Program-made: the position numbers and the translations under genes
NCBI GenBank assembly: GCA_009914755.4
Contig: CP086569.2
Span: 25,088,001-25,152,000, forward strand
DNA length: 64,000 nucleotides
Source of the DNA: the human T2T-CHM13v2.0 reference genome, Homo sapiens
Direction: 5' to 3'
Part shown: one piece after another, positions 52,718 to 64,000 of the stretch
Numbering within the stretch: position 1 is the stretch's first letter
How the letters are laid out: each line of letters begins with the position of its first letter
Notes under the pieces: generated by a model
What the model saw: the letters and a program-made list of their open reading frames with translations, nothing else
What the model was told of the DNA's origin: nothing
Database searches by the model: none

Positions 52718-54160
52718 GATCTAATGCCTCAGCTCCAGGTGTAATGCATATGCAAGCTTGAGAGGCTTCAAAAATTTGTTCTTTAATTTAGTGATGTCCA
52801 ATGATAAATTATCTTTGCTACCCAGAAGGTGTCCTTTGACCATTTCCCATGAATGTTCAGTCTCATTATAGGAATACGGGGTGATACAGAAGTCCAAAGT
52901 ATTCCAATTGCACTGCATTTGCATGTGATGTTCAAGACTCCCTACTTAATCTCCAAGCCCAATAACAGACTGTCTTAAATCATTAATTTGATTAGCCAAT
53001 TTTTGATCAAAACTTTGTTGAGAATTCCACATGTAGGTGGAAATGGCTTGACAATCATTAACAAAATGAGCCGTTTGAATAGGTTGATGTAACAACATTC
53101 TGACTGTGGTGGCCATTGCAGTGACTGTAATTAGGCCCATGATCACAGTGATTAAAGTGAACATAAATCTCTTGGATCTTTTTAGAATTCGCTGTAACAC
53201 TTCATTAATTAAATGTGTTGAGGGGGAGGTTTCCCAATGTCTGGGCATCCAGATTCCTTCTTGAGCTCGAACAACATTACACTTTTCCTGGAGTCAAAAT
53301 GGGAGTTAATACAAGTGTAAAAATGACAATTAATGCATTGGACAGTTTGATTGTTGGTCCAAATTTTGATATTTCCCACTAACAGCATGTAATGAGACTT
53401 AACACAACTCTGTTTGGGAACAGTCAGGTTGGAGGTAAATAAAGCGGAATGCCTGGATCTGCGTTGATACTGAGAGAGTGGGATGGTAGTGGGGACAACA
53501 GCAGAATCATTTCCCCTTCCCATACTCACAGTCCAGACATGGCAATAGCCAATTTCCAAAATTCTGGGTGTTCTGGGCTCAGAATGTGGAGTATCATACA
53601 AGGCCTTGGTGGGGGTTAATGCCTTTATCTTCCCATTTTAAGGGAAAGAATGAGCTGAATCTCCTATGCAAAGTAGAGTGATGATTCTCCTTCTCCAGAT
53701 AAGAAATAAAATAAGTAGCCTCCTGGCATGCCTTTCCACCAGTGGAGCAATTGTTTTTTAAATAGTCCTTTGGGCCCAGTCTGTTACTAAACTGTATGAG
53801 TCATTTTTAAATATTACTGCATGTGAGTTAACACAGTCTTCCCAGATTAAAGTTTTAGATGGGCCTTCCAAATTTTTTAGGCATGGTTTTCCTGCAGGTT
53901 TATATTGAAAGTATGGGGTATCTCCCATTACTCCTCCTTTCATTTGTTTTAAAGGAGAAAGGAGAGGCCAAAGACCAAATATCCTGGTTCCTCTGCAGTT
54001 GATCTCTGGAAGATAAGTGGCCCAGACTTCAGTTTATAGATGGATACAACCAGGTCCATGTCTGAAGCCCAGAGGTGAGTATTTATAACCCATGGTAACA
54101 TTAAATGCAGTGCCTTCTTCTCCTGGTGAATGATTTTCTAAACGTGCATTATAAGTCATT
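52718..54160 (-). pseudogene. Retroviral env remnant (SU C-terminal part plus TM), frameshifted and N-terminally truncated
   Basis: See the parent element. At least three frameshifts split it into four ORFs of 61–130 aa. The stop codon of the last TM ORF is at about 52718. Confidence 0.75.
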
Positions 54161-55369
54161 TTCCCAGTATTTTGTTGAGGATTTTTACATTATATTGGCC
54201 CATAGTTTTCTCCTTTTTTTTTGTATCCTTGTCTGCTTTTGTAATCAGAATAATGCCATCCCAATGAAATGAGTTGGAACAGTTCCCATATCTTCTTTTT
54301 TGTTGTTTGTTTTTTTTTCGTTTTGTTTTGACTACATTAAAAAAAGTTGCAGTAGTTTCTTTTTTGTGGTAAGAGGAATGCAGCAGTGAATATATCAGGT
54401 AATAGGTTTATCTTTAATAGGTGACTTTTTACTGCTGATTTGATTTCTTACCATTAATTTGTTTCTTGGTATGAGTTATGGTATCTCTTTTTTGACTCTG
54501 ATTTTCTTTATTAGGGGCTTTTTTTGTACTTTTGAGTTTAGCTTTTTGTTTTTCTAATTCCTTGATTGAAACATCAGGTTGTGTTTTTGGTATCTTCTTT
54601 TAGTTGAAAGCATTTATTGCCATAACTTCACTCTGAAAACTGCTTTGGTTGTATCCCTTAGGTTTTGGTGTGTTGTGTTTCTATTTTTGTCTCAAGAAAT
54701 ATGGTGTTTTGTCTTTAATGTCTTCATTGACTCATTGGTTTTTCAGGAGTATATTATTTAATTTTGATGTACTTAAGAATTAGTGATTTCAGAAGAGATA
54801 CTTGATATGACTTTGATCATTTCCAATTCGTTAAGAAGTGATTTTTGCCTAATGTATGATATATCCTGGAAGATGTTCCATATATGCAGTGGAGAAGAAT
54901 GTTTATTCCATAGCTCTTGGATGGATAGTTCAGTGCCTGTTTTTAGCATTTGTCCTACAGGGCATTTTAGTCCAATGTTTACTTATTGAATTATGTCTGC
55001 ATTATCTATTCATTGCTGAAAGTAAGGTGCTGAAGTTTTCCAGTATTATCTTGCACTTTTTTTCTTCCTTTTGATCTATTAACATTTGAATTATATGTAT
55101 GCTTATATTAGTTATATAGGTATATTCCTGGTATAATATTTTCTTTTATTTTTCTCCTCCTTAATTCTGTATCTTCTTTTTGTCTTTGATATTTGGTGGT
55201 TTGATTACATTAAGATTACATTAAGCTATGGGGATATTTTTATTGAAATTGAATGTGATTGGAAGTCTTCGATATTCCTGTAGCAGAATATTTGTATTTT
55301 ATTTAAGTTTAGAAAGGTTTCTGTTATTATTTCTCTAAATAGGCTTTCTACTCTTTTTTTTGTACTTTT

Positions 55370-55671
55370 CTTTTCTTTCCTTTTCTTTTTGAGATGGAGG
55401 TTTGCTCTTGTCTCTCAGGTTGGAGTACAATGGTGTGATTGTGGCTTACTGCAACCTCGACACCCTGGGTTGCAGTGATTCTCCTGACTCAGCCTTATGA
55501 GTAGCTGGGATTACAGGTGTCCACCAATATACTTGACTAATTTTTGTATTTTAATAGAAAAATGTTTTCACCACATTGTCCAGGCTGCTCTCAAGCTCCT
55601 GACAACATACGATCCACCCACCTTGGCCTCCCAAAGTGCTGGAGATATAGGCATGAGCCATCATGCCCAGC
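55370..55671 (-). mobile_element. Alu, minus orientation, nested in the old L1
   Basis: ctttctttccttttctttttgagatggaggtttgctcttgtctctcaggttggagtacaatggtgtgattgtggcttactgcaacctcgacaccctgggttgcagtgattctcctgactcagccttatgagtagctgggattacaggtgtccacc...ccaccttggcctcccaaagtgctggagatataggcatgagccatcatgcccagc. Supplied ORF 55497..55922 overlaps it. Confidence 0.9.
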
Positions 55672-56609
55672 TCTACCAAGCTCTTAAATGCCAGTGTCTA
55701 ATACCTTTGCTCTTTGGATATTATCTCATTAATCTCATGAATCTTATTTATGTTTTCTCCTCTAACTGTATATTTTCAATTGACCTGTCTGAGTTTTGCT
55801 GCTTGACCACTTCTGTTGTAAGTGCTGTCAATTGCATTTTTTATTTTGTTGTGTTTTATTCTTCAAGATTTCTGTTTGTTTTTTCCTCCCATTATTTTAG
55901 TCTCTTGGGTGAGTTTCTCTGATAAATTTCGGAATTCTTTGTGTTTTGCTGAAGTCCACTGCATTGTCATAAAATAACTATTTTAAATTCCTTTTTGGGC
56001 CATGTGTCCATACACATCTCTTTTGGGTCAGTCACCACTGGCACCTTACTTTGACCACTTGATGTCATGTTTTTCTCATTGATCCTAATCCTTGTGACTA
56101 TGCATGGAAATCTGTGCAGTGATGTAGGTGCCTAATTCAGTGTTCACGCTTTGGCTTTGTTTGGATGCTTTCTCCCACAGTAAGCCTGTCCAGAGATTCA
56201 GGGCAAGGAGAAGAAGGAAATTAAGGTCTTTAAGCCTATGATACCTTCAGCCCTGGTAGCACTAGGGGAAACACTAATGAGCAGATTTTCATGGCTGGAT
56301 TAATTTATACACAAAGCTGACTCAGTGCCAGGTTGTACCTGTAGCACACAGTTGAGCACTTGGTGCACTCAAGGCCTGTAGCTTCCATGGTCTGCCCTCT
56401 GCTCCTTATTCGGGGCCTGAGGTTACAGTAGTCAATCAGCAGGAATATTGACTCGAACTCAAGTCCATTCGGCTGAGGTCATAGTTTCTAGTCTGTTGCT
56501 GCGGTTGGTCTGCAAGATTACCCCTGGGTATCAGCCTCCCAAAGTGCTGGGGTCAGGGGACAGGCAAATCAAAGTCCCAAGGCAAAAAAGTCCTATGCCT
56601 ACTTCCTTT

Positions 56610-56777
56610 GCCCAAGGAATCCTCCAACCTCCACCTACTGAGTAGTAGAGACTACAGGCATGTGCAGCTATGCCTGGCTAATATTTTTTGGGTTTTGTTT
56701 TTGTTGGGCTCAAGTGATCTATTCACCTCAGCTTCCTAAAGTGCTAGGATTAAGGGTATGAGTTACTACACCCAGCT
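56610..56777 (-). mobile_element. Alu, minus orientation, partial and old
   Basis: ggaatcctccaacctccacctactgagtagtagagactacaggcatgtgcagctatgcctggctaatattttttgggttttgtttttgttgggctcaagtgatctattcacctcagcttcctaaagtgctaggattaagggtatgagttactacacccagc. Confidence 0.6.
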
Positions 56778-57980
56778 AAAATTTACTTTCTAAAATTTAA
56801 TTTTTAGGTCATTTACTTTTATTCAGTCTTATTTCTGATAAATGCAATTAAGCATGTTATTGCTTTAGTTTCTCTCTGGGTATTCCTGAAGGAATAAATG
56901 AACTCTTGATATTCATTTTCTAAATGGTGTTAGAAAATGAATAATTACTTTAGATGAGTAATGACTATATGGCCTCTTTTTGTTTTCTGGCTTCATTTCA
57001 TTGTGTATGAAGAGTGTATTTTTTAACCCACCTGTTTATGGGAAATGAAATTTTACTCTTTCAACTAAAGGTAGTACAAAATTGTTTAAACTGATTATTC
57101 AACTACTTCATAATTTTGACTTGGTTCCTTTTGCATATTAGTCTAATTATTGGGAGAACAATGTCAAAATTAAATTAATTTGCTTATTAAAAACTTTCTG
57201 ATAAAATTACATGAATACACACAAACAAAAACATGCACACTCATACCACTTAATTTCTAAAATGTTTAATTTTTCTGCTTCTCTGATACCTTGTATTTTA
57301 TCACTCAGCAAAATCTGTCAGCTCCACTTCCAGGATTTACTTTAACTGCACAGCTTATTTCTATTTCCCTTTATCACCATAGTCTAAAACACAGTTTACA
57401 TTATATTTGCCTCCACTTTGCATTGTAATTTCCTCTTTACACTCTAGCTTTCTATGAGAAGGTAACTACCTTTTCAAAATCTAATCAGGTAATTTTGCTT
57501 TTTCTTAATTGAGACTTCTTTCTATGTGCTTTCACACCTTATAGTATCAGATATGAATGTCTCTATCCAATTGCATGTGTTCCAGTTATTTTTTTTATTG
57601 GGGGGATGTGTATGTACATTTACAAACATGGGTATGTATGTATTTACTTATTATTTGTTTTTCCCATGTGTAATATAGGTTTTGCATGCATATATTTACT
57701 AAATCCCTGATAATGTAAAATTAACAATTTTTTTTTCTTTTTTTAAGTAAATTATTTTCTGAAGGATGCGGGTTGGGAGGAATATACCTTAACATGGAAA
57801 CTTTAAAAGAGAAAGTGGTCATTACTAATGAAAATTATTCTCTAACATTTTCTTGTTTATCTTTAGTAGCATTGCTGATGACATGTTCCTTCTTACCACT
57901 TGTGTATGCGGCCATTCACTGCAATACACTGGCCATCCATACCAGCAACGACTTTCCTGACATTAAGCTACAAGCGATAA

Positions 57981-58333
<353 letters not shown>

Positions 58334-59394
58334 TAGAAAATGTGATAATAATATTGATATTTATGTTCGTTGGAGGGAAAATTTCACTGAAGTCTTGTGA
58401 CTCATTAATTGCCATGTAGTTCATCATAACCTAACTATTAGCCATTGGCTTTATGCTCCTCTTCTGTCAGTATTTGCACCCAAGGTGGTCAAGAAAATTT
58501 TTGCGAGGACATACTGAAAATCATTCAGAAGCACTGTGATATTGTGTAAACATCTGGAGAAAACTCAATTAAAAGAATAAAAATAAGCAGCTGAGGAATT
58601 AATATCACTCATGGAGAAGGGTTGGATATTTTCAATAAAAAACATATGCAATATCCATAAACTATCCATATATACTTTCACAGAACAAAGAGTAAAGAGG
58701 CTGAATATGACATTACAAAGATACTCATAAAAATTATAAACAGCAAAACCTTGGAAGTAGCTTCCAATAAGATTGATCTTTCTCCTGTGACTATGCATAA
58801 GTAATTTTTGTTTTCTTAAATATAATTGTACAACTTATTAAACAAAACAAAATAAAAAATCCATCTCTGTCCAAAAACTGAACAGAAAAAATAACCATAA
58901 TGAATTTTTCACCTAGTATATTTTTGGTACCTATGTTTTTAATTTAACAAGTGTTTGTAATCTAGCACATATATTATCAGAGAACATTTTCTTTTCAGAA
59001 AGAGTACTTACCGCAGATTTCATTCTGTACTTAAGAAGAGCCTGAAACAGAAGTCTTATGAGTACAATCCTATTTATATTAATTTAAGATATCGAAAGTC
59101 TTTCTCATTAAACCTTGACTAACAGAAAGCAACTCATATTAATGCATCTTAAAGGACAAAACCTGTTCTATTAAGAGGAAATACTCAGGTTAATAATTTA
59201 AAATACAAATTTACATTCCTACCAATAGTGCACAAGAATTCTCTGTGCTCTACATTCTCAAAAACACTTGTCATCTTTCATCTTGATAGTAATAGGCATT
59301 CCAACATGTGTAAGAGGAGAGCTCATTGTTGATTTTAATTTGCATTTCCCTGATGATTGGTGGTGTTGAGCATCTTTAAGTATACAGTTGTTCA

Positions 59395-59610
<216 letters not shown>

Positions 59611-59687
59611 TATAGAGTTGTTGGCCAGTTATATGTCTTCTTTAGCGAAATATAAATTTAGGTCTTTGACCATATTTAATAGGCTTA

Positions 59688-59716
59688 GTTTTGTTGTTGT
59701 TGTTGTTGTTGTTGTT
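59688..59716. repeat. (GTT)n microsatellite
   Basis: gttttgttgttgttgttgttgttgttgtt. Supplied ORF 59618..59869 (VVVVVVVV) is an artefact. Confidence 0.8.
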
Positions 59717-60321
59717 AAATTGCTTGAGTTCCTTGTATGTATTTATTATTCACCCTTTATCATATATATGGTTTGCAGATATTTTCTGCAAGTGTTTGGG
59801 TTGTCTCTTCACTCTACTATTTGTTTCCCTTTTCCCTTTGCTGTGCAGAAACATTTTAGTTTGATATAACGTGATTCAATTGTTTTTTGTTGTGCTTTTG
59901 TATTCTGTGCTTTTGGGGCCATAGCATTGAGGTTTCAAAAATTAAATTAAATTGAAAATAGAATTAACACATGATCCAACTACTCTACTTCAGAATGTGT
60001 ACTCAAGGGATATAAAATTAACATGTCAGAAAGATATCTGCACTCCTATATTCATCTCAGCGTTATTCATAATAGCCAAGATATGGTAACAACCCAAGTG
60101 CTCATCAACAGATCAACAGATAAAGTGTGGCACATAAACACAATGAGATATACTATACAGCCTTAAAAAAGGAGGAAGTTTTGTTATACATTTGTGACCA
60201 AATGAATGGAATTGGAAGATACTATGCTCAGTGTACTAAGAGAGGCACAGAAAGACTAGTAAAGAATGATCACAATTATATGTAAAATCTAAAAAAGTTG
60301 AACTCATTCAAACTGTGAATA

Positions 60322-60465
60322 TGCCAGCGGTGGTGGCTCATGCCTGTAACTTCAGCACTTTGGGAGGATGAGGTGGTTGGATCACTTGAGGTCAGAAATT
60401 TGAGGCCACAGTGAGCCATAGCTGTGTCAATGTACTCCAGCCTGGGCAATGCAACAAGGCCCTGA
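60322..60465 (+). mobile_element. Alu, + orientation, with an internal deletion (left-monomer start joined to the right-arm end)
   Basis: gccagcggtggtggctcatgcctgtaacttcagcactttgggaggatgaggtggttggatcacttgaggtcagaaatttgaggccacagtgagccatagctgtgtcaatgtactccagcctgggcaatgcaacaaggccctgactc. Confidence 0.75.
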
Positions 60466-60662
60466 CTCTTTATACAAATACACAAAATGTAGTCAGAGAT
60501 TGGAGTGTGGGGTGGAGATGGCAGTGGATAGAGAAATGGGATGTGTTCATCAAAGGGTAACAAATTTCAGTGAGATAGGAAGAAGTTCTGGTGATCCGTT
60601 GCACAGAACGGTGACCACAGTTAATGAATGCCAACTTCAAAATTGCTTAATTAAAAAAAAAA

Positions 60663-60952
60663 AGGGCAGGCATGGTGGCCCAAGTCTGAAATCCCAGCAC
60701 TTTGGGTAGACATGGTGGGAGGATCACTAGTGGTCAGGAGTTCGAGACCAGCCTGGCCAAAATGATGAAACACTGTCTCTACTGAAAATATAAAAATTAG
60801 CCAGGTTTGGTGGCATGTGCATGTCATCCCAGCTACTCGAGTGGCTGAGGCAAAAGAATAACTTCAACTCAGGAGGTGGCAGTTGAAATGAGCTGAGGTT
60901 GCACCACTGCACTCAAGTCTGGGGAACAAGAGCAAAACTATATCAAAAAAAC
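60663..60952 (+). mobile_element. Alu, + orientation
   Basis: gggcaggcatggtggcccaagtctgaaatcccagcactttgggtagacatggtgggaggatcactagtggtcaggagttcgagaccagcctggccaaaatgatgaaacactgtctctactgaaaatataaaaattagccaggtttggtggcatgtgcatgtcatcccagctactcgagtggctgaggcaaaagaataacttcaactcaggaggtggcagttgaaatgagctgaggttgcaccactgcactcaagtctggggaacaagagcaaaactatatcaaaaaaa. Confidence 0.9.
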
Positions 60953-61584
60953 AGATTGTTTAAAAAGCAGAATTTATGTATTCGTACCACAAGAGAGACA
61001 TGATAAGTATGTGAGGTGATGGATAGGGTAACTAGCCCAATTTAATTCTTTTGCAATATATACATGCATTATAAAATCACTTTGCATCCCATAAATATTT
61101 ACAATTGTTAATTTAAAATAAAAATTTTTTAAAAATGAATTAAAATTAAAATAAACTTGGCTTAATATATATAGACAGTAATATATGCAAATGTTTTCTT
61201 CTATTTTGGCTATTTGGCTTCTGTTATTTCTTGGGGAAACAAACACCATGGGAACGGATGAAGAACATTAAAGCTAAATAGTATATAATTTACATTATTT
61301 TTTGTTCTTTTTTCTCCTTTTTTTTCTACCAAAGCAATGGTGACAACTTTCTTGTCACACTTTCTTTTCTGTTTCTTTCTCATGAGAAATCACCACCAAA
61401 AATAAAGCTCGTGTAGATTTGCGAATATTTTTTTCTGCCCCTAGCTATGACCCTCTTCACCTTTGCTTTGGATTTCACAGCTTCTTAAAACACTGATTTA
61501 CTTATTATTTGTTGTCTCCTTGTACCATTACTTCTTCGCTCTACCTGCAGGATCTTTTCTTTTTATTATATTTTAGTTTAATTT

Positions 61585-61840
61585 TTTTCAGACAGAGTCT
61601 CCAGCACAATTTCGGCTCACTGCAACCTGGGCCTCCCAGATTCAGGTGGTTCTCCTGCCTCAGCTTGCTGAGTATCCGATATTACAGGCATGCACAACCA
61701 TGCTTGGCCAATTTTAGAATTTTTAATTGTGACAGGGTTTCACCATTTTGCCAAGGCTGGTCTTGAACTGACCTCAAGTGATCTACCCTCTCAGCTTCCC
61801 AAAATGCTGGAATTACAGGTATGAGACACTACATCCGGCT
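61585..61840 (-). mobile_element. Alu, minus orientation
   Basis: tttttttcagacagagtctccagcacaatttcggctcactgcaacctgggcctcccagattcaggtggttctcctgcctcagcttgctgagtatccgatattacaggcatgcacaaccatgcttggccaattttagaatttttaattgtgacagggtttcaccattttgccaaggctggtcttgaactgacctcaagtgatctaccctctcagcttcccaaaatgctggaattacaggtatgagacactacatccggct. Confidence 0.85.
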
Positions 61841-62294
61841 TGATCATTTTCTTTGCCAGATCTACATGCTGCTTGTCTTAGCCTTAGATATGCCACTCTC
61901 AACTCATGTATTTATTTTCTGTGATAGCAAGACTCATGGAAAGAGTTGGCCCTGACAAGGTTTAATTTTATTTCTCTTAACCCTCCTTTCTTCAGGCATT
62001 TACCCTGTTTTTTAGAATCATATCTTATACTTCTCACTAAATACCATATTTCACTTATCTGTTGCATATTACTCAAACCGTCATGTGTATCTGTAAAACT
62101 GATTCACACCCTCATTCCTGAAATACTATTTTGCTTTGGATTACATGACTCAACTTTCCTCTGATTTCTCTATTTAATTGTCAGTGCCTTTGGTTTCATT
62201 TTATCTCATAGATATCTATTCATTAGACCACTAATCTAACTACACAGAATACCTCTTTCTCTTTCCCTTTCTCCTTTCCCTTTTCCCTTCCCAT

Positions 62295-62476
62295 TTTCTT
62301 TTTTTTTTTTTTTTTTTTTTCGTTTTCTTTTTTTAGGAAACTGTTCTGCCACCCAGCCTGGAGTGCAGTAGTGAGACCTGGACTGACTACAACCTCAAAT
62401 TCCTGGGCTCAAATAATTTTCCTGCTTTGATCTCCTCAGTAGCTGAGACTACAGATGCACACCACCACACCTGGCT
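62295..62476 (-). mobile_element. Alu-like monomer or partial Alu, minus orientation, with a long poly-T run on the plus strand
   Basis: A poly-T run of more than 25 nt is followed by ggaaactgttctgccacccagcctggagtgcagtagtgagacctggactgactacaacctcaaattcctgggctcaaataattttcctgctttgatctcctcagtagctgagactacagatgcacaccaccacacctggc. Confidence 0.6.
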
Positions 62477-63962
62477 TTTTATTGATGTTTTGAGACAAAA
62501 GCCTGTAAGGTTTTAAACCTGTAGTTCTAAGGAATTCAGTGATATGACCTCTGAATTCCTATACATTGTGATTTTTTTCTCTTATGAGCGTTCCAAGATT
62601 AAGACAGCTAAATTGAAAGCTTCCCCTGAACTTCCTTACACTTTCTACATACCTCTCCCTTCCATCATTTTTGTCCCAAAATACATCATCTATATAACAT
62701 AAAAATATTCCAAATACATTATTTTCCCTCATCTCTTTCACATTTTACCTATAATAACTTTTTTTATTATCTACCACTTACAAATGTGTTTTTCTTGTTG
62801 CTGCTTATACATTCTACTGGAGGTCATCATTCATTGCTCCCTAAATTGTAGTATCAACATCTTAATCTACTTCCTCCTTCTGTGTTACTATATTCAATTT
62901 ATTTTTCACTGAGGGTTCTAGAATTATTCTTCCTTTCAATGAATAAAGCACATCGCTTTTCTTTTTCTTTTTATTCTTCCTTTCTGCTTTACTATTAACT
63001 GTTACTTTATGAGAGAGGAGCCATTTCAGTGTTATTTCCTATTATACCACAATTTTAAGCTAAAAGTCTGAGATATCATAACCTCTCTATAAGTGTTTAA
63101 TATTATAATAAATAACACAACTTTGTAATTTCAGCATTAAATTTTTGAATACTAAGTCTATAGATTATTTATGAAACAAGATTTTAGTTGTGTTGCAGAT
63201 GAGCTTGTTATTTTTTTAACTCACTCCTTCCATTTCTATCCATACTAGCTATAAGACATTTAGAGGTGTGAAAGTGGCATATTCTTCCCTATACTTGAGA
63301 GTCTGTTGAGGTTATATGAATAAAGAAATGTACAATGACCATTTAATTCATATAGCTAAATATAATGTTTAATATTTAAAATTTGTTTAAATGTTTTTAT
63401 TACTTAAATTTATTATAACAAATATTATTTAGATTTTTCATTATTTAAAACTCAATATAAGAAACAAACATGTGGGAAAATCTCAAGTAATTCATTATCG
63501 TTGTTCTTATCATAGAAGATACAAGCCATCTCCTTATTGGTTAGGGTCATATTTACAGAACAGTCACTTTTCATTTCCCAATGAAATCTGAGGAGTGTGT
63601 TTTGAATTCCCTAGTGATATGCCTACAACTACACAGTATAATTCTGTCTTCTTTGGAGGGTATGACTCTACAGGATCAATATGATAATGTCCTAAAATAT
63701 CACTGTTACATTTAATTATATAAAACACCACTAAAGTGAGAATAATATATGAGCTGTTCATTACGTAGTCTAATTATAGAGTTAATTTTTACACTCAAAT
63801 ACTTTAGTTAGAGACTGTGAAATTAAATTGGCCCTAGATGGAACTTAATTATTTGTAACAACTACCATACTGTGGTGAAATGAATTAACTGAAATCTTAA
63901 TAATTTGGAAAATAATAAAGTTATTTCACTTAAAAGTTATTTTAAAAAAACTATATTTCTTA

Positions 63963-64000
63963 ACTATTTATTTTATTATTATACTTTTAAGTTTTAGGGT
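63963..64000 (-). mobile_element. 3' end of a further L1 on the minus strand, extending beyond the window edge
   Basis: ttattttattattatacttttaagttttagggt is the reverse complement of the L1 3' UTR terminus plus A-rich tail. It is the same signature seen at 12118 and 41358. Confidence 0.6.

Larger units (their letters stand above)
51532..54160 (-). mobile_element. HERV-K superfamily (betaretrovirus-like class II ERV; HML group undetermined, not HML-2) proviral fragment: a 5'-truncated env gene plus a 3' LTR, nested within the old L1
   Basis: Minus-strand ORFs 53758..53943, 53209..53601, 52946..53248 and 52721..52924 together read as a retroviral Env. The SU C-terminus contains [15 protein letters not shown]. 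It is followed by the furin site RSKR, the fusion peptide [22 protein letters not shown], the TM heptad region [27 protein letters not shown], then [45 protein letters not shown]. This is about 55–60% identical to my recollection of HERV-K(HML-2) Env TM ([27 protein letters not shown]...[27 protein letters not shown]...[46 protein letters not shown]). Downstream, about 1.15 kb of LTR-like sequence ends where the L1 sequence resumes. Confidence 0.75.
49830..56150 (-). mobile_element. Old L1 (L1PB/L1MA-like, pre-L1PA) of about 3.3 kb, minus orientation. It is interrupted by nested insertions: an Alu fragment (50213–50350), a HERV-K-like env+LTR fragment (51532–54160) and an Alu (55370–55671)
   Basis: The plus-strand text matches, from memory, the antisense strand of the old primate L1 ORF2 region in collinear order: ...gtctgatgtacagtttgcaaatatttgctctcatt (49950); gattgctttggctattcagggttttgtgtg...ctgtgaaaaatgccattggtgttttgatagagattgcattcagtctgtgcactgctttggatcatataaacattttaaccatattaatttttccaatcaatgaatatag... 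(50620–50800); ...tttacttcttcctttccaatttgggtaccttttcttattttctcttgtctaattgctctggctaagg...gctttcaacttttaactcccactgagtgtgatattagctaagggtttg (51100–51290); ...cacttgatcatggtgtatc (51531). After the ERV it resumes at agtattttgttgaggatttttacat...tttgtaatcagaataatgccatcccaatgaaatgagttggaa (54166 onward) and continues beyond the Alu to about 56150. The 5' limit is uncertain. Confidence 0.75.

Overview
This window is primate genomic DNA, human or a very closely related great ape. It is AT-rich, repeat-dense, and looks intergenic or deep intronic. There is no prokaryotic operon, CRISPR array, rRNA or tRNA, and no convincing protein-coding gene. Almost every ORF of 60 aa or more on the supplied track is either a remnant of a retrotransposon protein or a low-complexity artefact from simple repeats. 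The mobile elements I can support from the sequence are: (a) a full-length but ORF-disrupted L1PA element with flanking target-site duplications at about 12.1–18.3 kb on the minus strand; (b) an L1 3' fragment cut by the window start (1–1585); (c) two L1 insertions with the classic twin-priming inversion structure, a 0.4 kb L1PA2/3-like one at about 36.7–37.1 kb and a 2.8 kb L1PA one with 16-bp TSDs at 41.3–44.1 kb; (d) an old L1 (L1PB/L1MA-like) at about 49.8–56.2 kb that carries nested insertions of Alus and a 2.6 kb HERV-K-like fragment (env gene remnant with furin site, fusion peptide and TM heptad repeat, plus a 3' LTR with an internal 80-bp duplication); (e) about 20 Alu elements or monomers, including a young AluY with a perfect 16-bp TSD inside one copy of a local duplication; (f) a MER-type hAT DNA transposon with recognisable terminal inverted repeats; and (g) many microsatellites and short tandem duplications, including a 260-bp (TTCC)n tract and a compound (TA/CA/TATATACA)n expansion inside an Alu. 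I also flag a moderately CpG-enriched 850-bp segment, a dispersed 250-bp duplication, one candidate 102-bp exon with canonical splice signals, and a few unexplained ORFs. I found no system that is genuinely novel or previously undescribed; the best leads are young insertions that may be polymorphic and the structural rearrangements.
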